NCBI GenBank assembly: GCA_963719505.1 | Contig: CAVRCF010000005.1 | Location: 480,001-544,000, forward strand | Source of the DNA: Halobacteriovoraceae bacterium | Lineage (GTDB): Bacteria; Bdellovibrionota; Bacteriovoracia; Bacteriovoracales; Bacteriovoracaceae | Direction: 5' to 3' | DNA: 64,000 nt | In this document: piece by piece, positions 29,385 through 38,960 of the stretch | How the letters are laid out: each line of letters opens with the position of its first letter | Numbering within the stretch: the stretch's first letter is position 1 | Translations under genes and position numbers: made by a program | Notes under the pieces: model-generated | Told to the model about the DNA's origin: nothing | Databases searched by the model: none | The model's input: the letters and a program-made list of their open reading frames with translations, nothing else

Positions 29385-30032
29385 TTAAATTAAATACATG
29401 AGTGGAAATAAATAAATCCAGATTAAATCGACAATATGCCAATATAAACCAACACCTTCAACGGCTGTGTAATAGTCTTTACTAAACTCTTCGTTTTTAA
29501 GACGTTTCATGAGCCAAAACATTAAACCAATACCAATCAGGATGTGAATCCCGTGCAGACCAGTCATAATGAAATACACCACCATAAAGAGTCTGAGGTT
29601 GTTTGTTTGAGCGTCATAGCTCCACATAGCCTCTGAAGGAAAAAGACCATGATGAATTTTTCCACTGTATTCAAAATATTTAATAACTAAAAAGGCGAAG
29701 GCACAAAGAGTTGTCACGACAACAAGCTTTAATGCTTTTTTATTATTCCCCAATTGTGTCTCTCTAACAGCTAATGCCATTGTAAAAGAAGAAAATAATA
29801 AAACGATTGTGTTTATGGCACCCATTTTCCAATCAAGAAGCGCTCCACCTTCAACCCATGAATCGTAAAATTTTCCACGGTACATAAAGTAAGCTGTGAA
29901 GAGTGCACCAAACATCATGACTTCTGTCGCCATGAAAAGCCACACGCCCTGCTTACCAGATTCGTGTTCTTGATCCATACTTTCGAAATGATGAGAGTGG
30001 TCTACTCTCCTATCAACCTTAGCGGTACTCAT
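29385..30032 (-). CDS. ctaE: Cytochrome c oxidase subunit III
   Basis: WLFMATEVMMF, TGLHGIH and LYWHIVD. Confidence 0.93.
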   Translation of the reverse strand: MSTAKVDRRVDHSHHFESMDQEHESGKQGVWLFMATEVMMFGALFTAYFMYRGKFYDSWVEGGALLDWKMGAINTIVLLFSSFTMALAVRETQLGNNKKALKLVVVTTLCAFAFLVIKYFEYSGKIHHGLFPSEAMWSYDAQTNNLRLFMVVYFIMTGLHGIHILIGIGLMFWLMKRLKNEEFSKDYYTAVEGVGLYWHIVDLIWIYLFPLMYLI

Positions 30033-31602
30033 AAGGACTCCCTGTTACTGTTGGTATTTCTTCAAAGTTTTCATGAATTGGAGGAGTTTGAGTCGTCCAT
30101 TCTAGTGTTGTCCCACCCCATGGGTTCTTCTCATCAGTTTTCTCACCTTTAAACATATCTCTTACAAGAATATAGATGGCAAATAAGAAACCTGCAGCGA
30201 GGATATATGATCCTATCGTTGAAGCCATATGGTAAGGAGCAAAAATACCATCATATGTATGATATCTTCTTGGCATCCCTTGAGATCCCATAATAAACTG
30301 AGGAATAAAAGTTGCGTTAAAGCCGATAAAAACTAAAACCGCAGCCACTCGCCCTTGCATCTCGTTGTACTTTCTTCCAGTCATTTTTGGGAACCAATAA
30401 TAAAGCCCTGAGAATAAACCTGTTAAAGCACCACCAAGCATTGTGTAGTGAAAGTGAGCAACAATAAAGTAAGTATCATGAAGATGGACATCTGTTGCAA
30501 AAGCCGCAAGAAAGAGTCCTGTTACTCCACCGATAGTGAAGTTAGACATTAAACAAAGAGTCCAAATCATCGGTGTGTCTAAACTAATCTGACTTTTATA
30601 AAGAGTCGCAATCCAGTTAAATAGCTTAATCGCCGTTGGAACACCTACAAGCATTGTTAGAATTGAGAAGATCGATGCCGCAAGATCAGACTGACCAGAT
30701 ACGAACATATGGTGACCCCAAACTAAAAATGAAATAAAGGCAATTGCTAAAGATGAAAATGCAATGGCTTTATAACCGAAAATAGTTTTTTGAGAGAAAG
30801 TTGCGATAACTTCTGAGACGACACCAAAGGCTGGAACAACCATAATATAAACAGCTGGGTGAGAATAGAACCAGAAAAAATGCTGGAATAAAACCGGATC
30901 CCCACCAAGATTTGGATCAAATATCCCAACTCCAAAAACTCTCTCTGCCGTAATAAGTAAAAGAGTAATCCCTAGAACCGGACTAGCAAGAACCTGCATA
31001 ATTGCCGTGGCATAAAGAGACCAAACAAAAAGCGGCATTCTCATCATTGTCATCCCCGGAGCACGAAGCTTGTGGATAGTAACAAGAAAGTTTAGACCCG
31101 TAACAATTGAGCTCATCCCCATAATAAAAGCACCTAGCACCACAAAAGTGACGGCGTCAGCAGACTTTGAAGAATAAGGAGTATAGAAAGTCCAACCTGT
31201 ATCAACCCCTCCCCAAAAGAGAGAAAGAAGAGCGATAAAAGCACCACCAATAAGGAGGTACCAACTCAAAAGGTTGAGCTTAGGAAAGGCAACATCTTTT
31301 GCCCCAATCATAATGGGAAGAGCGAAGTTTCCTAAAAGAGCTGGAATTCCAGGGACGATAACCATAAAAACCATCAGTGACCCGTGAAGAGTCATGGCCC
31401 TATTATATTCATTACCATTCATAAACATAGCTTCAGCTGTAAAAAGCTCAGTTCTGAGAAGAATAGCGAAAGCACCACCTAAGACAAAAAATCCAAGGAT
31501 AGTGTAAAAGTACATTAAAGAAATTCTTTTATGATCGATAGTTGTTAACCAAGACCAAATTCCTTTTTCACAATTTATGTAGTTTGTTCCAGGTGCAGAC
31601 AC
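30019..31602 (-). CDS. ctaD: Cytochrome c oxidase subunit I (A2 type)
   Basis: TIDHKRI, GWTFYTP, FWFYSHPAVY, WGHHMF, AHFHY and MPRR. Confidence 0.96.
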   Translation of the reverse strand: MSAPGTNYINCEKGIWSWLTTIDHKRISLMYFYTILGFFVLGGAFAILLRTELFTAEAMFMNGNEYNRAMTLHGSLMVFMVIVPGIPALLGNFALPIMIGAKDVAFPKLNLLSWYLLIGGAFIALLSLFWGGVDTGWTFYTPYSSKSADAVTFVVLGAFIMGMSSIVTGLNFLVTIHKLRAPGMTMMRMPLFVWSLYATAIMQVLASPVLGITLLLITAERVFGVGIFDPNLGGDPVLFQHFFWFYSHPAVYIMVVPAFGVVSEVIATFSQKTIFGYKAIAFSSLAIAFISFLVWGHHMFVSGQSDLAASIFSILTMLVGVPTAIKLFNWIATLYKSQISLDTPMIWTLCLMSNFTIGGVTGLFLAAFATDVHLHDTYFIVAHFHYTMLGGALTGLFSGLYYWFPKMTGRKYNEMQGRVAAVLVFIGFNATFIPQFIMGSQGMPRRYHTYDGIFAPYHMASTIGSYILAAGFLFAIYILVRDMFKGEKTDEKNPWGGTTLEWTTQTPPIHENFEEIPTVTGSPYEYR

Positions 31603-31623
31603 GTGGACCTCCAGTTGTTTAAA

Positions 31624-32595
31624 TTATTTAAACGTTTTTAAGTATTCAATTATATAATCAATTTCTTTTTCAGAGAGTTGACCCGCAAACGAGTTCATTT
31701 TTACCCCTGCAAAACCTTCAACAATTTTTGCTTGTGGCATAAGAATAGATTCTCTGATGTATTCAGCATCAGCAATCGCCTCTGTACCATCTGTAAACTT
31801 TCTCTTCTTACCCCAAATTCCACCAAGACTAGGACCTACAAGAACGCCTTCACTTAGACGGTGACAACTTGTACAACCACGTCGACCAAAAAGTCTGGCT
31901 CCCAAGGCTATTGGATCTGAGATATTGGCTTCTTCAATCTCAAAATTTAACCATCTATTGAATCTCTCTTTAGTGACAACTCGAACAGTTGCTCTCATCC
32001 TAGAGTGACTTGTTCCACAGTACTCAGTACAATAGATTCTATAATCTCCAAGCTTATTGGCCGTAAAAGTGATCTTTGATCTCATTCCAGGAACGGTATC
32101 TCTTTTCACTCTGAATGACGGAATATTAAAACTATGAAGAACGTCGACAGAAGTCATATCCAATAAAATTGGCGTATCAATTGGAATATACATGATGTCT
32201 GTAGCTGAAACTTCTTTCTTGTCTTTTTCGTAGGTAAATTCCCAAAGCCACTGCTTACCAGTGATTTTAATTTTGTAGGCGTTGTCTGGGACTTCGTTCA
32301 TCTTATAATAAGCGATAAGACCCCATACAGCGATACCAACAAAAATAATCGTTGGGATAACCGTCCAAATTGTTTCGGCTAAAGTATTATGAGGGATGTA
32401 AGCTGATTTATCATTATTCGATTTATGATAACGAATAACGAAAAAAATCATCGCGGACATTAGTCCAACAAACCCTAAAATACTTAAAATCATGACAACA
32501 CCATAAAGATCATCAACTAAATGAGCTTGCGTACTCGCTTGCTCAGGTAGAGAAAATCCAAATAGCATGTACAGAATTTCACTCATTTTTTCCAT
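31624..32595 (-). CDS. coxB: Cytochrome c oxidase subunit II with fused cytochrome c (caa3)
   Basis: CuA ligands DVLHSF and CTEYCGTSHSRM; C-terminal CTSCH heme motif. Confidence 0.95.
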   Translation of the reverse strand: MEKMSEILYMLFGFSLPEQASTQAHLVDDLYGVVMILSILGFVGLMSAMIFFVIRYHKSNNDKSAYIPHNTLAETIWTVIPTIIFVGIAVWGLIAYYKMNEVPDNAYKIKITGKQWLWEFTYEKDKKEVSATDIMYIPIDTPILLDMTSVDVLHSFNIPSFRVKRDTVPGMRSKITFTANKLGDYRIYCTEYCGTSHSRMRATVRVVTKERFNRWLNFEIEEANISDPIALGARLFGRRGCTSCHRLSEGVLVGPSLGGIWGKKRKFTDGTEAIADAEYIRESILMPQAKIVEGFAGVKMNSFAGQLSEKEIDYIIEYLKTFK

Positions 32596-32606
32596 ACCAC
32601 ATTCCT

Positions 32607-33464
32607 TTAAGTTTGTTTTCGTTGCTTTTCTTTACGCCATACTACAAAGAAGAAAATCAATAGCACTATGACAATGAGAACCGCTCCTACTCGCATAAGA
32701 TTATAAGCGTAAAATGCATAAGTTTTTTTCTCTGGATCATACTGGAGACAAAAAAGAAGAACCTTATCAATGACAGATCCAATTTTACCTTCACTTGCCT
32801 CAACCAACGAGAGTCTAAGAACTTTCGGTTGGATGTTTAATCCAAAGTGGTAATAAGATAGCTTACCGCCCGGAGTTGCAATATAAGCCGCAGCAGCGTG
32901 GGCCCATTCTTGCTGTTCAGCATTCCAAGCATATCTAAAACCAATTGTTTTTGTTATTTGATCAATACTTTTCTGAGTCCCTGTTAAAAAATGCCATCCT
33001 TTTGCTCCAGCATCACCATACTCATTTAAGTAGGCTTTCTTTTTCATCTGTGCAACTTTTGGACTCTCCGCTGGATCAATACTAACGGCGACAAATTCAT
33101 AATCTTTACCAATTTTTAACTTAAGCTCTTTAAATGTCTGCAACAAAGTATTTAAATGAGTATTACAAAGCGTTGGACACTTATAATAAATGAGCATAAG
33201 AAAAACTGGTTTATCACCAAAGTACTTCCCAAGCTTAACCACTTCACCGATTTCATCAGTAAAAGGAAGCTCTAGATCCAACTGCGCACCAAGATGTTCG
33301 TCGATACCAACCTCGTCCATAAAAGCTGGTCTCTCGTTCTTGGCACCTTTCAATTCATTTTGATCGAGAGGTCCTGCCCCACCGATGGCGAAAACGTTTA
33401 TGCTAGCGCACAAAAGAATTAGCAAAGTGATGGCTTTTAGCAATGTTAACTTTAACGCGCTCAT
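32607..33464 (-). CDS. SCO1/SenC family copper chaperone
   Basis: YYKCPTLC (CxxxC), VSIDP, WHFLTG and AH. Confidence 0.9.
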   Translation of the reverse strand: MSALKLTLLKAITLLILLCASINVFAIGGAGPLDQNELKGAKNERPAFMDEVGIDEHLGAQLDLELPFTDEIGEVVKLGKYFGDKPVFLMLIYYKCPTLCNTHLNTLLQTFKELKLKIGKDYEFVAVSIDPAESPKVAQMKKKAYLNEYGDAGAKGWHFLTGTQKSIDQITKTIGFRYAWNAEQQEWAHAAAAYIATPGGKLSYYHFGLNIQPKVLRLSLVEASEGKIGSVIDKVLLFCLQYDPEKKTYAFYAYNLMRVGAVLIVIVLLIFFFVVWRKEKQRKQT

Positions 33465-33578
33465 ATCTATACTTTGATAATGGTTTTTTACTCAATATTA
33501 TTTTGACACAGTATCGACAAAAATAGCTAATCAGGCAAGTATAAAAAGGCTTAAACAGGTGATAATTCTAAGATAATT

Positions 33579-34610
33579 CTAAGCAGCAATCGGAGGACTT
33601 TCCTTCATTTTACTGTGCGCATAAAAAGAAAGAATAACTAAAACACACGCCCCAAGCTGATGCAAAAGTGCGACAGATAAAGGTATTGAATAAATGATCG
33701 TTACAACACCAAGCACAAACTGCAGATGAATCATTCCAGCAAGCATTTTAAAAGATCGTTTTTGTTCAGGAGTATTAAGTTTTTTCTTATAGAAAATAAA
33801 AATAAAAGAGAAGAAAAACAAACACCATCCGCCCATGCGGTGAATGAATTGAATCATCGTTCTATTTTCTAGAAAATTCTCGATGAGAGATGGGTAAGAT
33901 AAAATAGCGTCAGGAATCCAGCTTCGCCCCATTTTTGGAAATGTATTGTACCCTACTCCCGCATCCAATCCAGCTACAAATGCTCCATAGATGATTTGAA
34001 AAGCCAGAAGAACAATAAAAACAACAACAATATTTCGCCCAGTTTTATGAGTGGAAACTTTATCGTCTTGATTTTTCTTAAGACCAAATATAATCCACGA
34101 GATGTAACCGATGATCAAAAATGCAAGCCCTAAGTGAGCTGCCAATCTAAAATGAGAGACATCTGGCCTATCAACTAATCCAGACTTCACCATATACCAT
34201 CCTAGTAATCCTTGTAATCCGCCTAAAATGAAAGCGACAAGAAGTTTAAGATTCAAAGAGCGCGATACCTTTTTCTTTACGACAAAGTATAAGTAAGGAA
34301 AAAAGAAAACCAACCCTATTAGTCTTCCCCATAAGCGATGAAAATATTCCCAAAAAAATATAGATTTAAAGTCTGAAAGGGACATCCCTTGATTGATTTT
34401 GATGTATTCAGGAGAGAGTCTGTAGTCGTTAAAAACCTTCATCCACTCAGCTTCGTTAAGAGGTGGTATAGAACCCATTAAAGGTCTCCAATCCACCATC
34501 GACAACCCTGAGTCGGTCAATCTTGTAATCCCACCTATCATCACCATGGTAAAGACCATGATGCACACGATAATTAACCAGATAATGATAGGGCGATTAT
34601 TTTTTGTCAT
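33579..34610 (-). CDS. ctaA: Heme A synthase (COX15/CtaA)
   Basis: GGITRLTDSGLS, WEYFHRLWGR, VKSGL and RLAAHL. Confidence 0.93.
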   Translation of the reverse strand: MTKNNRPIIIWLIIVCIMVFTMVMIGGITRLTDSGLSMVDWRPLMGSIPPLNEAEWMKVFNDYRLSPEYIKINQGMSLSDFKSIFFWEYFHRLWGRLIGLVFFFPYLYFVVKKKVSRSLNLKLLVAFILGGLQGLLGWYMVKSGLVDRPDVSHFRLAAHLGLAFLIIGYISWIIFGLKKNQDDKVSTHKTGRNIVVVFIVLLAFQIIYGAFVAGLDAGVGYNTFPKMGRSWIPDAILSYPSLIENFLENRTMIQFIHRMGGWCLFFFSFIFIFYKKKLNTPEQKRSFKMLAGMIHLQFVLGVVTIIYSIPLSVALLHQLGACVLVILSFYAHSKMKESPPIAA

Positions 34611-35050
34611 TATTTAATATTTAGAACTTTGAAAGTTGTAATTTTACCTTTTGGTGTCTTAGCAACAGAGTCGATATATTTAACCATAGCTTGAACTTCT
34701 TCTTTGCTCATTTGGTGCTCAGCCATCATATTTGGCTTGTACATTTGGTAAAGAGAGTAAGCAACTTTGTCACCATAAACGATAGCTTTCCCGTTGAGAG
34801 TCCCTTTCTTCTCACCGTAGTCTTCTTCATCGGCATCACCATTGATCATTCCCTCTGGGTAGTTAATAAATTTAACCATCCATTCAACAGTACGTCTTTT
34901 GCCAACACCCGCAAGATCTGGACCTGTTTTATCGCCCGTACCAATATTGTGGCAAGTGGCACAGTTTCCTTTGAAAACTTTCTCAGCATCATAAGCAAAA
35001 GCTTGAACTGATAAGAGAAGTAAAGTTGTGATTAATAAGTTTATTTTCAT
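34610..35050 (-). CDS. Secreted monoheme cytochrome c
   Basis: Signal peptide from MKINLL; CATCH and GPDL. Confidence 0.88.
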   Translation of the reverse strand: MKINLLITTLLLLSVQAFAYDAEKVFKGNCATCHNIGTGDKTGPDLAGVGKRRTVEWMVKFINYPEGMINGDADEEDYGEKKGTLNGKAIVYGDKVAYSLYQMYKPNMMAEHQMSKEEVQAMVKYIDSVAKTPKGKITTFKVLNIK

Positions 35051-35166
35051 GTGTAACCCCTTTTTTGTAGTTAAGGCGAATATAAACCCAAAACAGTTAA
35101 ATGTAAGCATAAAATCCCCTAGATATCGCTATTTTCGGTCTGCGTCTAATTTCTGCCAAAGCGAGT

Positions 35167-35193
35167 TAAAGTCCCTCGAATAAAAGCCGAAAA
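35167..35193 (+). promoter_or_regulatory. Sigma28 (FliA)-type promoter
   Basis: TAAA-gtccctcgaataaaa (15 nt)-GCCGAAAA. Confidence 0.7.
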
Positions 35194-35227
35194 GACTTAC
35201 TGACACAACTTATGAAAAGGATTTCAA

Positions 35228-35905
35228 ATGCACACGACAACAAAAACTCCCAAATCTTGGGTTTTAAAACTACCATTTTTATTTATTCTTTTGTTTGCCA
35301 GCTCCTCTTGTCTAACTCAAGGAGAGACTCCGAAAATTCCAGGTCTCGATGGTCCTAACTTTAATATTATCGACGGAAAGATTCTTCTATCGGTGGGCCT
35401 TGAAAATGTCGAACTTCCAGTCGCCCTCACTCTTCCTCTACCGAAGATGAAAAACTCTTCTGTAACCCTTGGTACAAGGCTTGAAGGTGGATCGATGATT
35501 CAAGTGGCGTTTGATCTTAATGATGTCAAAAGTGATGTTTTCAGGATCGTTCCAGGACAGACTCTACCGGATGGAAGAGCTTTCCCATTTATTATGGGAG
35601 GAGAACTTCCTGCACTCGCTTTTAATATTCCTAAAGCTTTTGATATGACATTTTATGCTTCAGATAAGGCATTTGGATTTTTTCTACCGGTAAAGCTGCC
35701 GGCTGAGTTCCAATACGGAGTCACCATGAGACTTAAAATAAATGAAAAAAAAGTGGGTGTTTTTACCGTCGTTGGTAATAATGCTTACGGAGAAGGCTCA
35801 GGCCTGGTGCTTATGCTCACTTTACAAGAAATTGAATCAAACGAAGATCTTAAAGCTCTTTTGAAGTTTTCGAAGAGAAAGAAGAATAAAGACGTACTCT
35901 TTTAA
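35228..35905 (+). CDS. Hypothetical lipoprotein
   Basis: Hydrophobic N-terminus ending ASSSC; beta-rich body. Confidence 0.7.
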   Translation: MHTTTKTPKSWVLKLPFLFILLFASSSCLTQGETPKIPGLDGPNFNIIDGKILLSVGLENVELPVALTLPLPKMKNSSVTLGTRLEGGSMIQVAFDLNDVKSDVFRIVPGQTLPDGRAFPFIMGGELPALAFNIPKAFDMTFYASDKAFGFFLPVKLPAEFQYGVTMRLKINEKKVGVFTVVGNNAYGEGSGLVLMLTLQEIESNEDLKALLKFSKRKKNKDVLF

Positions 35906-35915
35906 TAAAATCAAA

Positions 35916-35943
35916 AGGTTAGCCCTCGGGCTAGCCTTCTTTT
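35916..35943 (+). terminator. Intrinsic terminator
   Basis: AGGTTAGCCC-tc-GGGCTAGCCT followed by TCTTTT. Confidence 0.7.
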
Positions 35944-35958
35944 AACATGTGTAGATTT

Positions 35959-37708
35959 GTAACTGCTCAATAAAGTGTTCTTCAAATCTTTAAAAATATT
36001 TATTTTGAACTAAACATCAGAAATTGTTTGGCCATCCATCTCTTTTTTGTAAATATATCTCCATGGCATTTGATGAATTAAAAAACATGGCAATGGGATG
36101 GGTAAATACTTGGAATAAAGGCAAACTCAAAAGAAAGTTAAAAGAGACTGCTCAGCGTGCTGTAGACCTTACTATAGAAAATTCAGAGTTGGAAAAAAAG
36201 AATAGTGAACTCATAGATGAAGTTCGTCGTCTCAAAGGTGAAAAAGAAAAACCTAAAATAAAGCCAACAAATACTAGTGACCTAAATCCACCTCCGAAGA
36301 AAGAACATAAGAAAAAGTCTAAAAAGAAAGATATCGAAGTTGATGAAGAGATTGAAATTTCTCCAGATAAAAATGAACTCCCTAAAGACGCTAAATTCAT
36401 CGGTTCTAGAGATGTTGTGGTCCAAGAAATAGTATTTAATCGCAGAAATATAAAATTCTCTATTAAGAGATATTACTCTGAAAGTCTCGGTAGAGTTATC
36501 GAAGGTGAGATACCTTCAGGTTTCAAGGGCCATCAGTTTGGTCCTAAACTTCGGTCCCACATTCTTTATTTGAATTACAAATTAAGAGTTCCCCACGAAA
36601 AGATTAGAGAAATGCTCTCTGAGCTGAAAATTGATATTAGTGCAGGAACTATAAATTCAATTCTAAATAACCTGACTGATGACTTTCAGGTTGATCTGGA
36701 ATCCGCAAGACATGCAGGACTAAAAAGAGATTCGAAAGTTCATATCGATGATACTGGGGCGAAAGTTAATGGAGTAAAAGCTTACACATTTGGAGTAAGC
36801 CATAAGTACTTTACTAGCTTCACTACGAGTTTTGAAAAGAATCGTTGGGCATCGGTGGGAGCACTCTTTGGAGGTGAGCAAAGGTTTATTTTCGATAGAG
36901 CTGCAATTGATTTTATTGGTAAGAAACTAAAACGTCCCAAGGTTACAGTATTTTTTAACCTTCTAGAAAAGAAGATAAGTTTTAGTCGAGAAGAATTAGA
37001 GGTCTTTTTTGAAGATTCGACTTTCTCAGATGTAACTAAAAAACAAAAAGATATCGTTAGAACTGCTGGTGCACTTAGTTATGCGAACTCTAGAGCGAAT
37101 GGACCACCAATAAGATTTTTAATCTCAGATGAAGGGACAAATTTTAATGGGCTTCATAGGAACCATCAGCTTTGTTGGGTGCATGAGATTCGTAAATATA
37201 AGCTATGTGAGGTTTTCAAAAGAATAGAGAGTGAAACCCTTGAGAAATTGGTTCGTCAGTGGAGAGCTTTTTATAAGCTCATGAAGAGGTACAGGAATAA
37301 TCCTGACGCCGTTAAGAGAATACAGATTCGATCAGAATTTGAGAGGATCACGTCTTTAAAAACATTAGTTAAACCACTGGATGCACAGCTTGGAAGAACA
37401 AGAAAGAATAGAGATAAACTTTTACTATTTTTGAAATACCCACAACTTCCTCTGGATAATAACCTTTGCGAAAGAGACCTTCGAGAACGAGTGATAAAAA
37501 GAAAAATCTCACTTCAAAACCGCTCATTGAAAGGAATGAAGTCTTGGGACTTGATGCTTTCACTGGCCTCAACTTGTAGAAAAATAAATTTGAGTTTTTG
37601 GCGATATTTAGAAGATCGAATCTCCCAACGAGAAGAAATTCCATACCTGGGCAAGCTAGTTCAAGCTATTTAAATCCTATAAATTTAAACACAATATTGA
37701 GCAGTTAC
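35959..37708 (+). mobile_element. IS66-family insertion sequence, single-ORF (ISBst12-like), 1750 bp
   Basis: Left end GTAACTGCTCAATAAAGTGTT; right end reverse complement GTAACTGCTCAATATTGTGTT (19/21 match). 8-bp direct repeat GTAGATTT at 35951-35958 and 37709-37716. Confidence 0.93.
36063..37673 (+). CDS. IS66 DDE transposase (ORF open from TTG 36024)
   Basis: N-terminal coiled coil, HIDDTG, LISD, HQLCWVHEIR and DNNLCERDLR...KRK. Confidence 0.92.
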   Translation: MAFDELKNMAMGWVNTWNKGKLKRKLKETAQRAVDLTIENSELEKKNSELIDEVRRLKGEKEKPKIKPTNTSDLNPPPKKEHKKKSKKKDIEVDEEIEISPDKNELPKDAKFIGSRDVVVQEIVFNRRNIKFSIKRYYSESLGRVIEGEIPSGFKGHQFGPKLRSHILYLNYKLRVPHEKIREMLSELKIDISAGTINSILNNLTDDFQVDLESARHAGLKRDSKVHIDDTGAKVNGVKAYTFGVSHKYFTSFTTSFEKNRWASVGALFGGEQRFIFDRAAIDFIGKKLKRPKVTVFFNLLEKKISFSREELEVFFEDSTFSDVTKKQKDIVRTAGALSYANSRANGPPIRFLISDEGTNFNGLHRNHQLCWVHEIRKYKLCEVFKRIESETLEKLVRQWRAFYKLMKRYRNNPDAVKRIQIRSEFERITSLKTLVKPLDAQLGRTRKNRDKLLLFLKYPQLPLDNNLCERDLRERVIKRKISLQNRSLKGMKSWDLMLSLASTCRKINLSFWRYLEDRISQREEIPYLGKLVQAI

Positions 37709-37814
37709 GTAGATTTCGTAACAATATGCTGATTGTCCTATAATTTTTTCAATTTACACCATCTCCCACTCTTAACATCATATTATAGTCTCAATACAAA
37801 TTTGAGGTAGAACC

Positions 37815-38960
37815 ATGATTAGACTTATCGTTTTATCTTTATTCTTGACCCTCATTTGCGCTTGCGGAAATGAAGCCATTGATAAAGCTAAAACTAATTC
37901 TATTACAAGCGAAAGTAGTGTTGAGGATAAGAAGCTCTCTGAATCTGAAATAATAGGCGAAGAGCTTATTAGTGCAATTGCTAATCAAGATGAGATTCTA
38001 GTGAAGCAAGCTATCATCTCTGGTGCAAATACCAACTACGTATCAGCATCAGGAAAAACGCCTCTAACTCTCGCAGCAAAGTATGGATTCACAAAAATAA
38101 CTCTTATCTTAATTCAAAATGGGGCCAATCTTAATACCGAGAATTGGTTTGGTCAGTACCCTATAACTGAAGCAGCTTCAAACAACCATAGAACACTTTT
38201 AAAGCTTTTGGTTCAATTTGGTTCAAACATAAACCAATTTGATTCAAACGGTCAGTCTGCACTTTCCATAGCTCTTAAGGCAAAAAATTACCTCCTGGCA
38301 AATACCATTATTAATCTTGGAGGAGACATAGAAGTTATCGATAAGGATGGAAACTCAGCCCTTGATATCGCTTTAAGAGAGAAGATTGAAGATGCAATTC
38401 CGCTTCTCCATGATGTAGCTAGGGTGAGACAATCCGGATTAAGCGTTGATCATCTGTTAGAAATCATTACAGACAAACGCATGACTTCATTTAAATACCT
38501 TTTACAAAACATCGAGTTCTCCCAAGAAATTAAAAATTCAAATTTGGTCTTTGATGTTTTAAATATTAAAACTTCTTATTATCGAAATTCATTTTTAAAC
38601 TCTCTTATCAAAAATGGCTTTAATATAAATGGAGATTCTGGCAACAACGTTCCACTCATTCAGGCCGTTAGCCTCAGAGACTTTGATTCTGTAAAGGTTC
38701 TCCTTGACGCTGGAGCTGAAGTAAATATTTTAAACAGAAGTAAAAGAACGGCTTTAACTTACGCCATTAGTGATCTTTCACCGACAATGGTTAATCTTCT
38801 TTTTAAAGCAAATGCTACTCGCTTTTATGAAACCGACATAGAGAGACGATTTTTTATCGATGCCTGCAATTTTCTTCCTAATGTTGGTGGATTCCTCATG
38901 CGAAGAAATGACGAAAAGATTGAAAAGAAAAGAGAGATTAAAAAAATCTTAGATTGCTAG
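37815..38960 (+). CDS. Ankyrin-repeat lipoprotein
   Basis: ICAC lipobox; repeated G.TPL..A...L...GA..N ankyrin motifs. Confidence 0.88.
   Translation: MIRLIVLSLFLTLICACGNEAIDKAKTNSITSESSVEDKKLSESEIIGEELISAIANQDEILVKQAIISGANTNYVSASGKTPLTLAAKYGFTKITLILIQNGANLNTENWFGQYPITEAASNNHRTLLKLLVQFGSNINQFDSNGQSALSIALKAKNYLLANTIINLGGDIEVIDKDGNSALDIALREKIEDAIPLLHDVARVRQSGLSVDHLLEIITDKRMTSFKYLLQNIEFSQEIKNSNLVFDVLNIKTSYYRNSFLNSLIKNGFNINGDSGNNVPLIQAVSLRDFDSVKVLLDAGAEVNILNRSKRTALTYAISDLSPTMVNLLFKANATRFYETDIERRFFIDACNFLPNVGGFLMRRNDEKIEKKREIKKILDC

Noticed and set aside
35909-35921. IHF consensus match near the IS left end (a similar one at ~51500)
   Set aside because: It overlaps a terminator stem, and such matches arise easily in AT-rich DNA; no associated sigma54 promoter was found.
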